From Octopus vulgaris (lineage: Eukaryota), in assembly GCA_951406725.2 (NCBI GenBank), contig OX597830.1, forward strand, positions 19,592,001-19,656,000: a stretch of DNA of 64,000 nt, read 5' to 3'. The position numbers were made by a program, and so were the translations under genes. A model generated the notes under the pieces. That model worked only from the letters and a program-made list of their open reading frames with translations. It had not been told where the DNA came from and did not search any database. Position 1 is the first letter of the stretch; every line of letters starts with the position of its first letter. Below are positions 38,229 through 52,366 of the stretch, in pieces.

Positions 38229-38495
38229 ACGAGGTGTGCTGAAAAGTTCCTGGCCTTGGAGAAAAAAAAAAAGGGAGGATCAGTTAATTACTATTTTATT
38301 CAACATATTCCCCTCTCAGATTCAAACACTTATTGGAGTGGTCCTTCAGCTTTTCTGAGCTCTGTAAATGAACTTGGAAGGTTAGGCCTCCAATCAGGCC
38401 TTTTGCGACACCCTTACAGCCAGGAATTTTTCCGCACTCCTTCATATAGAGATCATGGAGTTGCCTCCCCTATCTGCTTTGATCAGATTTAATTA

Positions 38496-39012
38496 CTGTA
38501 AATCTTCGAGTATAATCCGCATATTTTTCCCCAAATTTAAAGATCAAAATCCCTAGTGCGTGCTATATACGAGGTTAAAAATGAAAAATATTTTCTAAGC
38601 AATGTCTGAGTCTCTATTTGTTGTCCGGCAATGTTTATTCAGACGCATTTTGTGATGTCAGGCGCAAAAATACCTTAAGCTAAGCCTGAAAGCAATGAAG
38701 TCATAAAAGAATCACCCATAACTTGCAGTAAGCAACATTTATCAAATGTTATTACTGTTATTTCTTTATTTTCTGCAAACAAAATTCACAAAAAAGCTAC
38801 ACGTTTGCATTATGTTATATATACAATAATAATAAAGGATGTTACGGTATACAGTTTTACAAACCAAGGACGTTATATAGACCTCCTTGACTCAAGTTAG
38901 AGAAAGGGTGCATATTATACACAAGGTTTAGGTTTTTCAGAGTTACAGCCCCCTAAAAATCCCCCACGTATTATACTCAAGGGCAGACTATACTCGAGGA
39001 GAGGATTTACGG
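38496..39012. mobile_element. Tigger/pogo-like MITE
   Basis: ta-ctgtaaatcttcgagtataatc ... gactatactcgag..gaggatttacgg-ta. Confidence 0.65.
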
Positions 39013-39355
39013 TACTGATTCAGTGTTTATTTCCCCCCCCCCCCCGTTGCTGCCTTAACTCACATTGTTCTTGTTAAATAACAATGTGTAACACATATTA
39101 TTTCTGTTCAGGTCGACATGGCTGAGTGACTCTGAAAAATGTATTGTTACTATTTGGTGATGGTGGTGGTGGTGGTGGCAGCACTAATGGTAGTGGCGGT
39201 GTATGTAATGGTGTTGGTGGTAACAGTGATGTTGTTATTGGTTGTGGTGTTGGTGGTTAATATTAGTATTGTAGGTGGTAGTGATGTGGGTGCCATTGTA
39301 GGCAGTAATATGGTGTTGGTGTTAGTGGTGATTGGGGTGTTGTATATGTCAGTAG

Positions 39356-39657
39356 TGGAGGCACATGGCCTAGTGGTTAGAGCACCGGACTCGCAGTCGA
39401 GGGATCGCGGGTTCTAATCTCGGACCGGGCAATGTGTGTGTTTATGAGCGAAAACACCTAAGCTCCACGCGGCTCCGGCAGAAGGTAATGGTGAACTTCT
39501 GCTGACTCTTTCGCTACAACTTTCTCTCACTCTTTCTGCCTGCATCTTGCAGCTCACCTGTGACGGACCGGCGTCCCGTCCAGGTGGGGAACCTATACAC
39601 CAAGGAAACCAGGAAACCGGCCCTTATGAGCCACGCATGGCTCGAGAAGGAACAAAC
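39356..39657 (+). mobile_element. SINE family C variant
   Basis: Homologous to 2224-2526. Confidence 0.75.
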
Positions 39658-39819
39658 ACATGTCAGTAGTCTTGGTGTTACTGTTGTCATTGTTGGTGTC
39701 AGTGGTATCGTATGTAGAAGGGATTTGGGTGTTGTACATAGTGTTAGTGTTGTATGTTATAGTGGTAGTTATGGTGGCGTTGATATTGCATGTGGTGGTG
39801 GTGTTGGTGGTAGCGTTAT

Positions 39820-40230
39820 ATGAGGTGGTATCAAAAAGTTCCCAGACTAGTTCTGTAGCACACCAACAGGTGGCAGCACACGGTTGCGTGCACAGTGGGA
39901 GCTAACAGTGACTTTCATGAGACAGTGTGTCGACTGACGTCGCTGTGTTTACTTCACAGGTTGCGAAATTTGTGTTTTTGTGATCATGTTTATGCTGTAG
40001 TCTGTGATTTTGTCACGGACAGGAACAAAGAGCCAACATGAAATTTTGCGTTAAACTTTGGAAGTCTGTTACAGAGATGTTGAGTATGCTTCGGTAAGCT
40101 TACGGTGACAAGGCAATGAGTTGTATACAATGTCTTCAATGGCACCGGTGCTTCGAAAGCAGAAGAATGTCCCTGAAAGACATTGAGTGATCTGGAAGAC
40201 GTGTCATGAATGTCACTCCTTGGAAATGTG
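39820..40230 (+). mobile_element. Mariner 5' fragment (TIR plus N-terminal HTH region)
   Basis: EQRANMKFCVKLWKSVTEMLSMLR*AYGDKAMS...WHRCFESRRMSLKDIE*SGR. Confidence 0.75.
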
Positions 40231-40606
40231 GTTTTACTCTTTTACTTTTGTTACTGAATTTATTTTGAGATGCTTTGTGTTTCTTTCAATTAATTTTAAA
40301 TCTAATAAAGGATTTAGTAAAATAACTTAGTTATCATTCAGCTAGTGTTAGGAACATAAATTGTGACTAAGGTTTGGAGGAAGATTTTAATTTGAAACTT
40401 ATGAAACAAAGACGTTTGAACTCAGAGCAGCAAGAGCCAGTTTCAGCCGGGTTGATATTGAAAGGGTTAAAGTGATTTTTTTAGTGCTTTAAACTATTTA
40501 CCATTTTTATGGTGCCCTTCGATGTCCTAAACATGTGCTTATTTTGCTTAATGGTTAATTCAGCGCCGGTTGTATGTAGCAATAGTAGTAGCAGTAGTTG
40601 TGGTAT

Positions 40607-41013
40607 TGGTGGCAAGCTGGCAGAAACATTAGCATGCCTGGCGAAATGCTTAGCGGTATTTCATCTGTCGCTACGTTCTGAGTTCAAATTCCGCCGAGGT
40701 CGACTTTGCCTTTCATCCTTTCGGGGTCGATTAAATAAGTACCAGTTATGCTCTGGGGTCGATATAATCGACTTAATCCATTTGTTTGTCCTTGTTTGTC
40801 CTCTCTATGTGGGTAATAAAGAAATAGGTATTGCGTCTGCCGTTACGTTCTGAGTTCAAATTACACCGAGGTCGATTTTGCCTTTCATCCTTTCGGGGTC
40901 GATAAATTAAGTGCCAGTTACGCACTAGGGTTGATATAATCGACTTAATCCCTTTGTCTGTCCTTGTTTGTCCTCTCTGTGTTTGGCCCCTTGTGGGTAG
41001 TAAAGAAATAGGT
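40607..41013 (+). mobile_element. SINE family B, body dimer
   Basis: Head plus two bodies joined at aaagaaataggtatt. Confidence 0.8.
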
Positions 41014-41409
41014 ATTGGTGGTGTTCTTGATTTGTTATGCAGTGTTGGCAGTGGTGGTAGTAGTAGTAGTAGTAGTAATAGTGATACTAGTATTGTATGT
41101 CTATTGATTGTGCTGTATGTGTTTGCAGGTTGTGGCGGGGTTTTTTTTTTTTTTAACACATGGCATTGATTACAGTTTCTGTAGTGCTAAGTGGTAACAT
41201 CTACTAGTAGTACTGTTTAGTTATAAATGATACTACCAGAAAGGTATATTGCACTATTTTACTTTGGATTTCTTTCACACAGCAACTTACTAAGCAACTT
41301 CTGCCACCATGACCTGGACAAAGAGATCTGAGTGTCAAACGAGTACAAGCAGGTCATACACATGCCAAACATATATTTGTGTGTGTGTGTGTAAAACATG
41401 TTATACTAT

Positions 41410-41573
41410 ATTATTTACATTATTTACATTTGACGGATATTTGTCCTCATTTTGTTTGTTGTTAACACGTTTCAGCTGATATACCCTCCGGCCTTCATTA
41501 GGTGTCTTGGGGAAATTTCGAACTTGGGTTCTCATTCCTAAGGTATTTTTCGATGTTATTGTTATTATTATTA

Positions 41574-41607
<34 letters not shown>

Positions 41608-41608
41608 C

Positions 41609-41639
<31 letters not shown>

Positions 41640-41978
41640 TTATGGCTTGGAATCGAACTCAGATTCTTGGGGTTAGTAGCCCAATAATAATAATGATAAT
41701 AATAATAATAATAGTAATAATAATAATATTATTCAGGGACCTTTTGAGCAGGATGGGCTACTCGACCAGAAGAAAATTCTAACTGGGCCCCACCTGCAAA
41801 GTCATGTGCTATTTATCTTGATATGAGATCACCATGTCATGCACATGGTTGTGATACATGTGCCTGGTGTACTCTTATCAGATGGGTAGTCATGATGGGT
41901 ATACCGGGCTTCGTATATTTTACCCCAGTGTCACTTTGATGGCATGCACTGCTTTCTCACTCAATAATAATAATAATG

Positions 41979-42012
<34 letters not shown>

Positions 42013-42170
42013 TAATAATAACATCAAAAAGTACCTTAAGAATGAGAACCCAGGTTCAAAATTTCCCCAAGACACCTGAAGGAAGGCTGGAGGGTATATC
42101 AGCTGAAATGTTGTGTTAACAACAAACAAGATGAGGACAAATATCCGTCGAATGTAAATAATGTAAATAA
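41410..42170. repeat. Inverted pair of ~150-bp hammerhead-bearing repeats around (ATT)/(AAT) tracts
   Basis: 41410-41560 is the reverse complement of ~42016-42170. Confidence 0.85.
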
Positions 42171-42329
42171 TTTCTCATCTCTTAAATATAGAAATGTTAT
42201 ACTATATTTTAAAGTTTACTGCTTTTTTATAGGTGAGATATCTTGCGAGTTGTTAGTAAATTTGGAAATATAAAATTACTCTCTGTGATTAAGGATACAA
42301 GTATTACCATTACTAACGCACGCATGCAT

Positions 42330-43726
42330 GGCCGTGACAAGGTTTGTGTACCTGTACATAAAAGCAGTGGAAAGATGATATCAAAATTTGTAACTTACAC
42401 TAAAAGTTTATCGCGCATAAGTGTAAGTGATCTAGAAGAAGCAGACATTGAAGAAATGCTAAACACTGACAATGGTGCACCTGTCGTGCATTCCTTGAGC
42501 GATGGGGAGATTGTTGAAATGGTGTTAGATATGGATAAGAATGAAGAGAGTGGTGATGATGATACAGAGAAGAACAGGTGAAAAAATTCCCATAGACGAT
42601 ATGGTGAGATTTTGTGATCAGTTAATAGTTGGTCTTGAACAAGGTGCATTTATCAGTGAGCAACAGATTATGGGTATTTACTCAATTAAAGAGACATTGA
42701 TTAGACAGAAATCTATGCTAATGAGACAGATGACACTTGAAGAAGTCTTTTAAAATGCCCTCTCTCGTAGTGTTACTTTATCACTTGAGAATTCCATTCC
42801 TGGCCCATCATCAGAAGTTTGCCTGCAACGTGATGAAGATGGTGGTGACACTGATGGACCCTCTTCTACAATTTAACTGCAGCTACATATTTGGCCTAAG
42901 TTGAACCAATTTATGGATTTAGCATATAAATAAACTGTATTCATATTTGTAGTATTTTATTATTCAAATTAGTGTGAATACTTACGGGTTTCTATACAGA
43001 AATACTATTGGGATCTTTTCTGTTTGAACGGCAGTTTTTTCTAGTGATGTCATATGAAAGTGTCACCCATAATTATGACCCTAGTATCGATCTATTGCAT
43101 TTCAATCTGTTTTAGGGTTAGGGGTGGGGGGAAGGGTATCTTTTTTTCTTCAGAAATGTAAATAAACCCAATCTGTTTCTTAAACAAGGGACATATTCAT
43201 ACGGCACAGAATGTTTTCACCTCAATAGACGTCATTGATTGGTTGAAATTGCAGAAATTGAAGAAAAAAAACAACAAATATCTTACAAACTATGGAATTT
43301 TCTCAATAAAGCCAAGAGAAAAAGATGTTTTATAAACACATTCTACCAGTATACGAAGTTTAAAAGTGTTTAGTTACGTGGAAATTATTTTAAAAAACTG
43401 CCGGTCAAACCGAAAAGATCCAAATATTATGGTAATTTGTATACCTGTACTTGTGAATCATGTATTTTGATTTTAAATTATCCCACTAGATGTATTTCAT
43501 TTGTGATCTTAATTATCTCATTATTTCATTTACCAGTACAACTATTTATTCTCCCCACTGATTGTGAACATGTATACATGTGCATTAGTTACCCTAGTAG
43601 GACGTCTGTTTTGATGTCTAGCTTACAATCTGGGGCAGCTGGCTTTTGTTCTGAAATCTGGAAAAATCCGAAATTCAGAACACAGCTGTCTCCAAGGGTT
43701 CCGGATAAAAGGATTGTGTCCCTGTA
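42330..43726 (+). mobile_element. Tigger/pogo transposon 3' remnant, interrupted by MITE copy 5
   Basis: DLEEADIEEMLNTD..VHSLSDGEIVEMV..RQMTLEEVF resembles a Tigger/Jerky C-terminus; ggataaaaggattgtgtccctg-ta end. Confidence 0.6.
43011..43421 (-). mobile_element. MITE copy 5 (intron 2)
   Basis: Same TIRs and body, (TTAGGG)2; no clean TSD. Confidence 0.9.
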
Positions 43727-44227
43727 CATAAAAGCAAAATTTTTTTTAAGGAGCGTTGGAATAAATCATCAGCTTAATCCTTTAGCAATCAGATTTCTCT
43801 GTCAAATGTAATGTCTATTTATTCACATTGACATGAATTAGTCATGCCTTACCTTGTAGCTTTGAGATTTCAATGATGTGATTGTTTATTTTTAGAATAA
43901 CATTGTAGTATAAGTGTGAGAGGTTGGATCTGGCCAGTTTAAAGATAATTGAAGATAATTTTGGCCAGACATGGTTAGTTTGAATGCTACAGGGTTAAAC
44001 AATTGAATGTATATTTGTGTGGTGTATACAACACTCTATATACATGCTTACACACACATGTACACATAAATGTGTGTTTATATGACAGGAGGCTCATTTG
44101 ATGCATTGATTTAATTTTTTACATCTTCCACTAACATTCTAGAAGTCTCTTTCCCACGAACACACAGTGACTTTACCCTACCACTGGCCATCTATAAAAT
44201 ATTTGTCTTTTCTTCTCTCTGTTCCAG

Positions 44228-44368
44228 GTTGCTGTCCCAGATGTGAAAGAAGCTGCTGCTGATGCTGATATTTTGATATTCGTCATCCCTCATCAGTTTG
44301 TACGAGGAATATGTACGGCACTCAAAGGAAACATCAAAAACAATGCCATAGCCGTCTCATTAATCAAG
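44228..44368 (+). CDS. GPD1: GPD1 exon 3 ([24 protein letters not shown]...VSLIK)
   Basis: ttccag acceptor, AAG|gtgggc donor, 141 nt; not in ORF track. Confidence 0.96.
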
Positions 44369-45669
44369 GTGGGCTTCTTTTCTTCTAAATGATTTCCCAT
44401 ATCCTTCCCAGTGGTGTGACTGTACTTACTTACATAACCCTTCACTCCCTATGCACTAGAGGCCATCAGCAACTTTTCTGTTTTGTTCTCAACTCTGGGC
44501 TGTCTTTTCTGCTTTTCTCAATAAAACAAGTACCAGTAGAGCACTGAGGTCTTTTTTATTGACTTAGTGCAACTGCCACACTTCTCAGTCCCTCATCACT
44601 GCTTTGAGGTCCTGAATACATTCCAGGCTAGTGTCTGCGATCAGTTTGTCAATTTAAAGTGGGACAATGTTTTCCTCTTCTTACGTCACCATGAAGTGGA
44701 TGCCACGAGACTAATTTGGATGCTTCCAGTTCAGGGTGGTGCATGCAATGACCAGGTAGTTGCTGCCGTCTTTACCTCAGCTGTTCCAAATTGATTGTTG
44801 TTGGAAACTTCAAGTACTTAGGTGGTTGGATGAGCAGTTCAGAAGCAGGAATCAAGATCAGGAAGGCACAGGGACATATACAAACCAACACCAGTTGTCA
44901 AATGGTGATGGTGGGGGCTGGACACACACTCACACACACACACACACACACACAAACACGTATACACACACATGACAGGTTTCCATACTATTTATGGCTA
45001 CCGAATTCACTGACCTGGTATTTTGTGGCTCAAGGCTACAACAGAAGACACTTGTCCAAAATGTTGTCCTGTGGAACTGAATTCAAAACCATGTGGTTGC
45101 AAAGTGAGTTTCTTGACTATCCATTCCATGCCTGTGAAATTTTGTATAAATTACATGTGGTATCCATGGTTTTCATGTCCCACATGATCACCTAGTTTGC
45201 TTAGTGTATAACACTGGCCCAACATATTTACATACTTTTACATTACATAACAAAACATTGATTTTCAAACTTTGGTACAAATCCAGGAATTTCGAAAGAG
45301 TGGGTGAAGTCTATTACATTAAATCCTGTGTTCAACTGGTACTACTACTACTATTTTATCGAGCTCAAAAGGATAAAAAGCTAAGTCGACCCTGGTAGAA
45401 TTTGAACTCAGAATGTAAAAACAGGCAAAGTGCTAAGCATTTTGCCAGTTAACAATTCTGCCAGCTTGACACCTTATTGCATAATAATATATTTCTCTCT
45501 CTCTCTTTATCTAACCAACTTAGCCCCTCTCCTAAAACTGCTGGCTTTGTGCCAGAATTTGGGAATAAATATTTACTTCTCATTTAAAGTAATATTTATT
45601 TCACACAGATGGAACACTTTTCAATGTAGGTCTGCTCAGACAGGGTCAGCCTGGGGTTAAACAGTGTTA

Positions 45670-45690
45670 ACTACTGCTGCTACTACTTAT

Positions 45691-45745
<55 letters not shown>

Positions 45746-45768
45746 AACTGCTGCTGCTGCTACTACTA

Positions 45769-45809
<41 letters not shown>

Positions 45810-45916
45810 ACTACTACTACTACTACAACTGCTGCTACTACTACTTGCTGCTGCTGCTACTACTACTACTACTACTACTACTGCTGCTACTACTGCTACT
45901 ACTGCTACTACTACTA

Positions 45917-45948
<32 letters not shown>

Positions 45949-45997
45949 ACTACTACTACTACTACTACTACTACTAATACTACTACTACTACAACAA
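45670..45997. repeat. (CTA)n/(CTG)n trinucleotide array
   Basis: Read directly; ends ~45 nt before the exon 4 acceptor. Confidence 0.97.
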
Positions 45998-46044
45998 ACA
46001 TTTTTATTTAATTATTTATTTATTTTTTTAAATATATTTTCCAG

Positions 46045-46186
46045 GGTTTTGAAGTGAAGAAAGAGGGCGGAATTCGTTTGATTTCTGAGGTGGTCTCGTC
46101 CGTTCTAAACATCCCCTGTGCTGTGTTGATGGGAGCTAACATTGCTAATGAAGTGGCTGAGGAGAACTACTGTGAATCTACCATCG
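46045..46186 (+). CDS. GPD1: GPD1 exon 4 ([16 protein letters not shown]...[20 protein letters not shown])
   Basis: ttttccag acceptor, G|gtaagg donor, 142 nt. Confidence 0.96.
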
Positions 46187-46377
46187 GTAAGGAAACGGTC
46201 TCTGTGCATAACGATGAGTGTTGGGAAGAAGATGGTCTTGGTGCTGCTGGTTGTGGTGAAATATTGGTGTTAGATGATGGACTTCTTTCAGTTTCCGTCT
46301 ATCAAATTCGCTCACGAGTCTTTGGTGGGCCTGGGGCTATAGTAGAAGACAATTGCATAAGGTTTCATGCAATGGGA

Positions 46378-46743
46378 ATGAGTGGCTGTGTGGTAAGTAG
46401 CTTGCTTACCAACCACATTGTTCCAGGTTCAATCCCACTGCGTGGCATCTTGGGCAAGTGTCTTCTACAATAACCTCGGGCCGACCAAAGCCATGTCAGT
46501 GGATTTGATAGACGGAACCTGAAAGTAGCCCATCGTATATATGTATGTGTGTGTATATGTTTGTGTGTCTGTGTTTGTTCTCCCAACATCGCTTGACAAC
46601 CGATACTGGTTATTTTATGCCCCTGTAACTTAGCGGTTAAGCAAAAGAGAAAAGAGACTGATAGAATAAGTACTAGGCTTACAAAGAATAATTCCTGGGG
46701 TTAATTTGCTCGATTAAAGGCGGTGCTCCAGTATGGCCACAGT
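46378..46743 (+). mobile_element. SINE family A
   Basis: Similarity to other copies. Confidence 0.8.
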
Positions 46744-48787
46744 CTGGGAGGAGGAGGAGGAGGAGGGAGAAGCAGAAGAAGCAGAAGAAGAAGAAGAAGA
46801 AGAAAAAAAACAACAGCTGGTGTCAAGCTGAGAGCATTAACAGGAAAACATCAGTTGCTGTCTAGCTTTTACTCAGAGCACAACTGTGCTTGTATTTACC
46901 ATGCCTTCTGCTGGATTTCCAGTGGGGGGGAAAATAGCTTCAGTTTATGGACGTTTCAAGTAAAGAACGGCAACCTGTAAAAGTGTCCATGCAGTGGCAC
47001 ATAAAAGGCATCCAACCGTGGAAACTATGCCAAATCAGATTGGAGTCCGATGCAGCTCCCTTGCTTTCCAGCTCTGATCAAACTGTCCAACCCATACCAG
47101 TATGGACAACAGACATTAAATGATTATGATGATGATGAATGGTTTTCCACTGTACTGCAAGGTCTTTGTTCTGGCATAGGTGTGTGTGTGTGGTTAAGAA
47201 GCTTCTTTCCAAGCCATATGGTCTTACTCTTTTACTTGTTTCAGTCTTGGGCTGACCAAAGCCTTGTGAGTGGATTTGGTAGACGGAAACTGAAAGGAAG
47301 CCTGTTGTATATATGTATCATCATCATCATCATCATCATTTAGTGTCCGCTTTCCATGCTAGCATGGGTTGGACGGTTCAACTGGGGTCTGGGAGGCCAG
47401 AAGGCTGCACCAGGCCCAGTTTGATCTGGCAATGTTTCTACGGCTGGATGCCCTTCCTAACGCCAACCACTCATATATATGTGTGTCTGTGTTTGTCCCC
47501 ACAACATCACTTGACAACCGATGCTGGTGTGTTTACGTCCCTGTAACTTAGTGGTTCGGCAAAAGAGACCGACAGAATAAGTACTAGGCTTACAAAGAAT
47601 AAGTCCTGGGGTCGATTTGCTCGACTAAAAAAAGACAGTGCTCCAGCATGGCCACAGTCAAATGACTGAAACAAGTAAAAGAGTGTATTGTCAATTAGAA
47701 CCATCCACCCTGATGTGACACACTTCAGTTAGTATGATGCACTGCAGCAGGTAATGGTTGATTGGGTAGTTGCTGGGTGACAGTAAGGTCGGGCTACATC
47801 CTTCTTGCTGTCCACACAGTTTATTTCTACAATATTCAAAAGCTCTGAAGATGGTCCTCAGTTTAGTAGTGTTATTGTTTGACTCGAAGAACAAAGATCT
47901 TCTAGCTGTGACCATTTCTGATTCCGTTCAAATATTTTGTAAGTAGGAGAGTACTTTACACCTTTTTGGGGACGGTGTCACACCTTTGTTGCACTAAGCA
48001 TCAGGTAACCTGCTTTAGATATACTCTACTTTCTTTCAATTAATTATGCAGTTGAGCTTCTGTGTGGGAGTAAAAACCTGTTGGCAAAACAGGTGTGTTT
48101 AAATTTCAATCACCTTAAACAGTGTAACACCTGTATAGATTCTCCACACACCTGTCATATTTTAGTGTCATGACCTGCTGATTGAAAGGCATTGATTTAA
48201 GACTACATTATTTGATGTGTCATTCCTTTTTAAAGATGGTAGAGTGTAAATTAAGTAGGATTTGACTGCTATTTCATGCAGATGATATAGCCATGTAGAA
48301 TCTTCCTCATTGGGTCAGTGTTGCTGTTGCTGTTAGTGTGTATGGTAAAAGAATAACAGTAAACCAGCCCCTAAAAGAATCATTTGTGTTAGTTACCCCA
48401 CTTGTGTTATGACTCCTTGTTGGGAAAGTTATGAATGTCACAACATCCTCTTTTTCATATCTGAGTTATATGTTTCATACTCATGCATGAAACCATAAGA
48501 AGCTGGGCCAATGAGGGTTCCTGTATGTGGACATACGACATGTTAGAAATAGCAGCCAAATTTCCCTTATTCAGAAAGCATTGTTTTTTCTAACACGTAG
48601 AACACATTGGATTATGTTGCTTAGGTAAAAAAAAAAAAAAAAAAAGACAGTATGGCCATAACTGGTAAGCCTTTAGTCATAGATTTGCTTATTTAGGGTT
48701 GATGTTGGAATTTGCACATGGAATGTAAAAAGATATAATTTTAACACAATTCAATACAGCAAGGCATTTTCTCTGCCACACTGCAGA

Positions 48788-49180
48788 TTCTTATTTCTTT
48801 ATTGCCCACAAGGGCTAAACATAGAAGAGACAAACAAGGACATTAAGTTGATTACATTGACTCCAGTGCATAACTGGTACTTAATTTATCGACCCCTGAA
48901 AGGAGAAAAGGCAGTCAACCATGACGGAATTTGAACTCAGAACGTAACGGCAGATGAAACACCTATTTCCACAAGGGGCTAAACACAGAGGACAAACAAG
49001 GACAGACATTAAGTCGATTACATTGACCCCCAGTGCATAACTGGTACTTAATTTATCGACTCCCGAAAGGAGGAAAGGCAAAGTCAACCTTGACGGAATT
49101 TGAACTCAGAACGTAACAGCAGACTAAATACCGCTAAGCATTTTGCCCAGCATGCTAACAATTCTGCCAACTCACTGCAC
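48788..49180 (-). mobile_element. SINE family B, body dimer
   Basis: Similarity to other copies. Confidence 0.75.
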
Positions 49181-50104
49181 TGCAGATTCTGCCCCACCCT
49201 AACCATCAAAACAACAACAACAACAGTAATTTTTATTTGCCTCATTGGGATCAGGTGAGGGGAACATCTTCAAAGACAGGTTACAATTTGTGAAGGGATT
49301 TGTGCCGGTGACACATAAAAAGCACCATCTGAACGTGGTCGTTGCCAGTGCAGCCTTGACTGGCTTCTGTGCCTGTGGCACATAAAAAGCACCATCCGAA
49401 CGTGGCCGATGCTAGCTCCGCCTCGACTGGCTTCTGTGCCGGTGGCACATAAAAAGCACCAACCGAATGTGGCTACCAACTCGCCACACTGCAGATTCTG
49501 CTCCACCCTAACCAACTAAACAACAACAACAACAGTAATTTTTATTTGCCTCAGACTGGAGCCTGGAGCAGCCCCTGGCTCCCCAGACCCCGGTCGAACC
49601 GTCCAACCCGTGCTAGCACGGAAAACGGATGTTAAACGATGATGATGAGGATGATGATTTACGTAAAAATGGGTTGGAGGTGAGAAATGAGAAGAAATGT
49701 TATTGATGGTACACAAAATATATGAAAGCATGGATGATGCAGTCTTCCTGATACAGGAGAGACTCCAACAAAGGCTAGTTAAGGAAGCCCACAGATCCAG
49801 CATCATCCTGACTGGCAAGGGACTCAGTCACGAGGTCAGCTGGGTGAAGGTAAATCAGTATCATTGACCCCAGAATTTGACTGGTATTTTATGTTATCAA
49901 TCCTGAAAGGATGAAAAGCAAAGTTTGACCTCATCAGGATTTGAACTCTGAATGTAAAATGTCAAAATATATACTACATAAGACATTTTCTTCAATACTC
50001 TAATGATTCTGACAATTTGGTGATCTTTTCTAACCAGTCTATAATTTTGAGGGGAGGGGGAGATCGATTATGTGATTAATATATTAGTAATATTTTTTTT
50101 TTGC

Positions 50105-50350
50105 ACCCTTTTTCAAGCCTAGCCAAGCTCATGGGCCTGGTTTCCCGGTCTCAATGGCATATGTGTTCCCCAGCTGGATGGGATGCCAGTCCATTGCAGC
50201 GTTACTCATTTTTGCCGGCTGAGTGGACTGGAGCAATGTGAAATGAAGTGTTTTGCTCAAGAACACAATGCGTTGCTCGGTCCAGGAATTGGAACCACAA
50301 TCTTACGATCGTGATGCTGACACCCTAACCACTAAGCCACGCGTCTCCGC
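50105..50350 (-). mobile_element. SINE family C
   Basis: Reverse complement of the 7102-type element. Confidence 0.8.
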
Positions 50351-50937
50351 AATAGTAATATTAATGACGATAATAATATTTCTACTATAAGTACAAGGCC
50401 TGAAATTTTGTGGAGAGGGGGCTAGTTGATTACATCGACCCCAGTATGTAACTGGTACTCATTTCATCGACCCTGAAACAACGAAAGGCAAAGTCAACTT
50501 TGGTGGAATAGATAATAAGAATAATAATGGTTGCCAATTTCGGCAAAAGGCTTGCAATGTTTGGGGAAGGGGCTTGTCGATTTCATCGATACCCAGTGTT
50601 CAACTGGTACTTATTTTATCAACCCCAAAATGATGAAAGGCTAAGTCAACCTTGGTGGAATTTGAACTGCTAAGCATTTTATCTGCTGTGCTAATGATCC
50701 TGTCAGCTTGCCACCTTAATAATAATCCTTTCTACTAAGAGCACAAGGCCTGAAATTTTGGGGGAAGAGGACTAGTTGATTACATTGACCCCAGTGTTTC
50801 ACTGGTACTTAATTTATCGACTCTGAAAGGATGAAAGGCAAAATCAACCTCAGCAGAATTTGAACTCAGAACCTGAAGACAGACGAAATGCTGCTAAGCA
50901 TTTTGTCTTGTGTGCTAATGATTCTGCCAGCTCACTG

Positions 50938-51330
50938 CTTTACTCTTTACTTGTTTCAGTCATTTTGACTGTGGCCATGCTGGAGCACCGCCTTTAGTCG
51001 AGCAAATTGACCCCAGGACTTATTCTTTTGTAAGCCTAGTACTTATTCTATCAGTCTCTTTTGCTGAACCGCTAAGTTACGAGGACGTAAACACACTAGC
51101 ATTGGTTGTCAAGCGATGTTTGGGGGACAAACACAGACACACACACACACACACACACACATATACGATGGGCTTCTTTCAGTTTCTGTCTTCCAAATCC
51201 TCTCACAAGGCTTTGGTCGGCCCGAGGCTATAGTAGAAGACCCTTGCCCAAGGTGCCACACAGTGGGAATGAACCCGGAACCATGTGGTTGGTAAGCAAG
51301 CTACTTACCACACAGCCACTCCTGCACCTA
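50938..51330 (-). mobile_element. SINE family A
   Basis: Similarity to other copies. Confidence 0.85.
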
Positions 51331-51621
51331 TTAATAATAATAACAATAAAATACTTGTTTGAAATTTGGCACAAGAGCAGCAATTTTAGAGGTTTGTCTA
51401 TTACATTGATCCCAGTATATCACTGGTATTTTGGTTTATCAATCCTGTAAAGATGAAAAGCAGTGTTGACTTTGATAGTATCCGAACTCCGAATTTAACG
51501 AGCTCTAATAACAACAACAATTATAATAAAATGTCATTTTGTTTTTGTCTTTCTCTGTCACCCTTACTGGAATGTGTCACTCTGAATTAGGGTTTCAATA
51601 ATCTTGAAATGTCTGTTCCAG

Positions 51622-51734
51622 GTTGCACCGATCCGGAGATGAGTTTGGTTCTGAAGGATTGCTTCCAAACTGACTATTTTCGGATAGTCTGTGTGTCCGA
51701 TTGTGAAACTGTTGAAATATGCGGAGCCCTGAAA
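51622..51734 (+). CDS. GPD1: GPD1 exon 5 (GCTDPE...FRIVCVSDCETVEICGALK)
   Basis: ttccag acceptor, AAA|gtgagt donor, catalytic Lys in GALK, 113 nt. Confidence 0.96.
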
Positions 51735-52366
51735 GTGAGTATACGTTGCTCTCTTGTCTCTATGTTCTTGTTGCTATCTCGTTATCGTTTATAATTAAAG
51801 CTTTTGATCTTTTATCTTTTACTTGTTTCAGTCGTTAGACTGTGGCCATGCTGGGGCACCGCTTTGAAGAATTTTTAGTTGAATGAATCGACCTCGGTGC
51901 TTATTTTTAAAGCCTGGTACTTATTCTATTGGTCTCTTTTGCCAAACTGCGAAGTTAAAGGAATACAAACACACCAATACTGGTTGTTGAATGGTGATGG
52001 GAACAACCATTGACAGGAACACATACACATGCACACACACATGTAATTGTTAAAGAGGACAACAAATGTTTAGGCATGGCAAATATATTAAGTCATACGT
52101 TATTAAACAATTATATATCCACTGCATCGGAAATCTGCAATGGCTCCCTAACTACCGTCTCAGCTATAACCTTGGTGCCCCAGTAATCCAATACAGCACT
52201 TACCTAGCATACCTAATTGTTTTGATCACCTGTGAACTAAACCCCCGTACTTTGTATATATTTATATATATATATAAAGTCGCCATGATTGATCGTTAGC
52301 CACTACACACTTTTTTTCTCTCCTTTTTTTTCTCTCCTGTTTTCTCTCCTTGTTTTTTCTGTGTCC

